Positions 59,030-64,000 of a DNA stretch of 64,000 nucleotides are shown here, piece by piece. Position 1 is the stretch's first letter, and every line of letters begins with the position of its first letter. This DNA comes from the human T2T-CHM13v2.0 reference genome, Homo sapiens. The notes beneath the pieces were generated by a model. That model saw only the letters and a program-made list of their open reading frames with translations, was not told the DNA's origin and ran no database searches. The stretch lies in NCBI RefSeq assembly GCF_009914755.1, contig NC_060929.1; one strand, written 5' to 3'. A program made the translations under genes and the position numbers.

Positions 59030-59570
59030 CACAAAGTGGAAAAATTCTTTTAAAAATTATAGTATCCAAAAATGACAGTGGTCCTCTGACTAGGCATTCC
59101 TACACATCACTTGTGGCACATCTTTTCTGAAAGAATTTCTGCTAGTATGTAACAGAAGACTTACAGTATACAAGCCATTTTACCCAGAAATTCTACTTCT
59201 AAAAATGCATCCTATGAAAATAATTAAGGTGTGTGCAAAATTAATATACATTGTTGTTCATAAAATCAGTATTTATAACTATAAATTAGAGAAGCTAAAT
59301 GTTCAATAATAAAGGACTAGTTACAATAATTATAGTACTTTTATAGAATTGAACACCATGCAGCCATTAAAAATCAGTTTTTAAAAGAATAATTGATGAT
59401 ATGGGAATATAATTAAGTATTATTAAGCTAATAGTAAAGATTTTTAAATAGTATTTTATTATATTCAGTTTGGGAGGCTGGGTAATTTTAAAAATTTATT
59501 CTTTGTATTTTGCAGTATTTTTAAGTGTTCTATAATAAATATGTATAACTCCTATTTTTTTTTAATGCTC
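59030..59570 (+). mobile_element. Old L1ME/MC 3' fragment
   Basis: ttttacccagaaattctacttcta...ccatgcagccattaaaaa. Confidence 0.65.
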
Positions 59571-59849
59571 ATTTTAAATGAGCCTATGTCTCCTGTCTTC
59601 CATCACATAACTGTCTTCTCCAGTTAGGTGGTTTCTTCTGTCCAACTGCAGGCACAGGGTGTTCTGGTCCAGCATGCCTTGTTGGCTGGTACCATGGGAC
59701 AATTTTTCTGCTCCCTTTTCTGTCTTTCCAAGGCATGAGGAACACATGATTTATAACCATAGGTCAAATATTCCCTCTCCAGGACATTCTAAGCCCTTTA
59801 GCTAATTCTAGGAACTACATGCTCCTGAGACAAGAAGCATGACCTCTGA

Positions 59850-60021
59850 GCCACACTGTGATGTCCCTTAGCTGCTGCTCAGGGACAAGGAGGCAACAAA
59901 CCAAGGTGCACAGGGCGCGAGAGGGCAAAGTAGTCAGTTGTGGTTATCACAGAAAGCCAATAAGGAAAGCCACCCAGAGAGTGTAGAGGCCAACTTGCAT
60001 CAGAAGTCTTGGAGTAAACCA
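59850..60021 (+). repeat. Copy 1 of a ~170-bp local direct duplication
   Basis: gccacactgtgatgtcccttagctgctgctc...tcagaagtcttggagtaaacca. Confidence 0.93.
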
Positions 60022-60147
60022 GAGATGGCTCCTGAGGCCATCTCTGGTCTCCTCCTCCCCTAGATACCAAGTTGCCATTGTTCCTGGCACCTTGACAACT
60101 TCTGACCTTGCACCAATATTGCCTGTAAAAAGGATGTGCTCTATCTC

Positions 60148-60642
60148 CATTAGAAAATGTGTTTAGCTGCAAATAAGAAAGCTTAGTTAACAGTGGCATA
60201 AATTCATGGGGATTTACTTTGTGACACAAGAAATCAGAAGAAAGGCAGTCACAATGTTGCTTCAGCTACTCCATAGTGCCACTGGGGACCCAGGTTCTTT
60301 CTGGGCTTCGGCTCAGTCATCCTTAATGGGTGGGGGGTGGGTCTGAAGCTTTAGGCTTGGCATCTTGTGGCTACAAAAGGGCTGCTGCAGCTCCACTCAC
60401 ACCTCTGCAAGGATAAAACACAGCACAAGCTCTGCCTGTCCCTGTTTGTTATAAAAGCAAAAGCTTTCTTAGAAATCTCTAGAAGACTTTACTTGCATTT
60501 CACGGGCCAGAACTGAATCACAGGGCCACATCCTCAGCTGGAAGAGACTGGGAAAATAAGAATGCAGGTGAGCTTATACTTCCTCAAAGAAAACCAGAAT
60601 CAAATGGCTATGGGCTAGACAACTAACAGTGTCTCTGCTACA
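60148..60642 (-). mobile_element. MLT1K/L-like MaLR LTR
   Basis: tttagctgcaaataagaaa...aacagtggc...ggccagaactg...gactgggaaa...aacagtgtctctgctaca. Confidence 0.7.
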
Positions 60643-60779
60643 TGTCTACAAGACTAATTCTAGAATTCCAAGGTCTTTTGGAAGGCTGGTATTGTCAAAT
60701 TGTACAAAGAGCAGATCCATGTCTGTGTGTATGTGTGTGTGCATGCGCATGCACACACATTAAAAAAGGAAGGAAAATG

Positions 60780-60990
60780 GTATACATTGAGCACCTTTTA
60801 GAACCAGCCACTTTCATAATTATCTCAATTAATTTGTTTCATTCTAATAACCTCACAAGATAGGCCTATCTATCTGTTTTTACAGATGAGAAAACTGAGA
60901 CTCAGAGAAGTTAAGTAGCTTGCCCAAAGCCACATAGCTAGCAAGTTCTGGGGCTAGAATTCAACTTTACAATTGCCTGGTTCCACAGGC
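60780..60990 (-). mobile_element. MIR
   Basis: ttttacagatgagaaaactgagactcagagaagttaagtagcttgcccaaagccacatagctag. Confidence 0.9.
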
Positions 60991-61177
60991 AATGCATTTT
61001 CTAGTGTATAAGACTCCCTCTCAACAAGTCTTATCATATATAATTGAAGGCAAATAATAGACAAGTGCAAACAAGTTTGCCTAAACCTTGAAGATACAGA
61101 GTTAGGCTCATGGAAGGTCAGGGGGACAGGAGTCTTCCTGTACAAGACAGAAAGCAAAGGCAGCACATGTGGCAGAG

Positions 61178-61348
61178 GCCACACTGTGATGTCCCTTAGC
61201 TGCTGCTCATGGGACAAGGAGGCAACAAACCAGGTGCACAGGGCCCCAGAGGACAAAGGAGTCAGTGTGGTTATCACAGAACGCCAACAAGGAAAGCCAC
61301 CCAGAGAATTTAGAGGCCAACTTGAATCAGAAGTCTTGGAGTAAACCA
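61178..61348 (+). repeat. Copy 2 of the ~170-bp local direct duplication
   Basis: Same start and end as 59850-60021, roughly 90% identical by eye. Confidence 0.93.
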
Positions 61349-64000
61349 AGAAGGAGGTCAGTCTCTGCCATATGGAGAATAAACAACTCATAATAGGAAG
61401 CAGAAATGCACTAATTTAATCTAGATATTTATTAAGTATTGCTCTAATTAAATTTGTAACAGACATATTACAAATTAATATTTACACTTAGTGGTGACCA
61501 TACATTCGACAGATCCTATGCTGGGGATATAAAGATAAATTAGACATAATCCCTGCTTTCTAGAAGGTCACAATCTAATGAGTTTACAGTGCCAGTACAT
61601 AAGGTCCAAAATGTAATAGAATCACTTGTATTTTTAAATAGGTTTCCTTGTTTCAACCACATGAAATGAAACCTAGTTCTTCTGACCACAGAGACCACAA
61701 TGGTAGTATGTCAAAATTATAGAAACGTACTCAGCAATAAAAATTATTGGAGTCCTGGACTTATAAACTCTGCTCTATAAAGACATGGAAAACAGCTCAG
61801 CTCGACACAATTATTACCCTGAGACATAAGTGAGCTCCATATGCAGACCCATGAGCAACACACTGTGGTTGTATCTGGTCCTAAGAGTTCTTGTTATCCC
61901 ACTTAAGGGAGAAAGAGCATAGGACCTGGGCACAGAACAGGCACTTAATAAATGCCAGCTGGCTGGATGGACAGCTGAATGGATGAAGATACATTACTCA
62001 TTACCAACAGACCCAGTCACTGTCCTCAATTTTAGGGCAAAAAAAACCCTCTGGGGGTATTGTTTTAAGCTTTAAATTTTAAATATAGCTCAGAGGCCTT
62101 GAGAAGCAAGGTACACGAAGTAACAGATCTGTGTTATTTTAACTCACTATGCTTTCCCCAAGTAGGCAAGTTTCCTCTTGGGCACAATGGTAATCAGATA
62201 TTAAGCCAACTATTTCACAACACAGAACTATGTATAATTCTTATAACAGGAGCTCTTCACTCAAAAGAGAACAAATGCTTGTAATCTCCAGATACTCCCT
62301 CCTCTGGCTATAAATGTTCTGTGTTCTCACAAGGGCACAAGGAAACACTAAACAGAATGTTCTATACCACAGGATGCTACACCTCTGTCATCAAGGCAAA
62401 AATACTTGCTTCTTGAGACACCTTGAGCCCTTCTCTCTAGTCAGGGAGGTGGGCTGTAGGGAAAGAACAGACTGCCTGAGCTTGCTTCTGATGATGGCAT
62501 CTTCCCAGTGCAGAGGAGCCAGAAACGCACAGCAGTTACCTGTTAGCCTGAGGTCGTGCCCCAGAATGACCCATGTAGGGAAGTACATAGACAAGTACCT
62601 TCAGGTGGAGGAACCTGCCTCTTTGACTTCGGGACCTAAGTCACCTACAAAACCCAACTTTTCCAAGGGCTGGGACCACCAAAATCTCAAGTACATAAAT
62701 GTGCCTGGAAAACAGTAAGACCCTATACATTTCCTCAGTTACTTCATTCCACAAATGATTGAAGTCAGTCTAATCTGTGCCATGCACTGTCCTGGGCATG
62801 GTACACACAGCAGCCAACAGGCTGTAGGAAAAGCTGGAGCTGAAGACCCTGGTGGACAAGACAGGCTGGCAGGTGTGAATCACAGACAGAAGTCTGGCAG
62901 GTGAGGGGACGCTGTTGCAGCTACACAACCATGTGGGGGTGGGGGACAGGGGGTCTATGGGAAGTACAGATGCCAGATCCTGGAGGCTGGGGAGAACCAG
63001 CAGTATCCTACCCTAAAGGAACCAGGTCATAGACTGAGATCTGGATTTAGATGAGGTCAAGGGAGTAAGGGGACATGATGCCGTCCACTCCAAGCTACTG
63101 TCCTGGAGTGCAAAAACTCCCTGGTGACTGGCCTGGCTTAGGATATAATATCCTAAATTCTAAGATTTTGGGAGATACAGGGAGAGAGATTTAGGCCTCT
63201 TCAGCCTCTGTAATACTTCTCAGGGGTAGTTCCATAGGATTAGTAGCCCTCATAAAAAAGGACTTTTATTTTTTTTTTTAACTTAGTTTTTTTGCAAGTC
63301 ATTTTCCGGAGTATTTCTTGGCTGCGGCTATGATCACATCTGTTTTTGAGTGAAGCCCAGGAGATCTACTTGGTTGACAGCCTCACTCCACTTCCACACA
63401 TGACTTGGTGGCAACAGCCATTTAGCAGACTCAAGCTTGGACCAAACATAGTAAGGCCAAGGAGTCCAGAGTAAATTGGTGCTCTCTTGGCTAGGATGAG
63501 AGGAGACAGGCACATGTAACTACCTTCTTGAGACCCTCCCCCCACCACCGACTGCTATGCAACAGGTGGGCTAGGTTTGTTCATTCAAGATCCTTCTACA
63601 TGGTAAAATTTACGCAAGTATGAAGGACCTGCCTCCAGGAAGACCTGCTACTACATCACTGGGAAACTTGAAAGCAGGGCTTCCCACATTATGCAGACCC
63701 TATGGTCTCCTCTCTACTAATATCACTGTTCCTCACCCTCCCAGTACTTCCCCTAAATTGTTCTGAAGTTATTGCTGCTTTAAGCTCATTCTAAGCCTTG
63801 AAATAATAAGATTCATAACCAGATCTCCTACTGTGTCAGCAGGTCTTTTCTCTTGCCATAGAGCGCTGCTCACTCTTTTCAAGCAGGAGGGCCTTAGAGG
63901 TGACCTTTCTGGGACTAGGAGAGGAACACAGGGTTTTACTCTAATTACTTCTTTGTGATTTGAACACATCTCAGTTCCCTCTTTTACTTCAGTCTCTTCA

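Noticed and set aside
59850-60021. C/D box snoRNA interpretation of the duplicated unit (GTGATG near the 5' end)
   Set aside because: Imperfect C box, no terminal CTGA D box and no terminal stem
62540-62644. Possible 105-nt minus-strand exon (ttttgtag|...CAG|gtaact)
   Set aside because: Stop codons in all three frames and a weak acceptor; cannot be supported without RNA data

Overview
Primate, very probably human, non-coding genomic DNA with no recognisable host protein-coding exon, RNA gene or CRISPR array. Most ORFs in the track are chance ORFs or repeat-derived. The dominant feature is a near full-length (~6.0 kb) young LINE-1 on the minus strand (51321-57328) with a perfect 17-bp TSD. 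Its ORF1 is broken (nonsense codon plus 4-bp deletion), its ORF2 is split by a single 7-bp deletion, and its antisense ORF0 is intact. The window also holds a 5'-inverted (twin-primed) L1PA7/8 inside a HAL1-like element, a solo ERV9 LTR12F, MaLR/ERVL solo LTRs, four Alus, three FLAM monomers, MER3 and MER20 DNA transposons, and many old L1M, L2 and MIR fragments. Three structures are not explained by these repeats: a near-perfect 39-bp-arm inverted repeat at 31936-32040, a ~170-bp dispersed duplication (59850 and 61178), and an inverted L2/L2 fold-back at 33539-33683. A strong plus-strand bias of old L1/LTR insertions suggests an intron of a minus-strand gene. I cannot demonstrate a new biological system here, and the findings are testable leads. 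Repeat subfamily names come from my recollection of consensus sequences, not a search, and boundaries of ancient elements are approximate.
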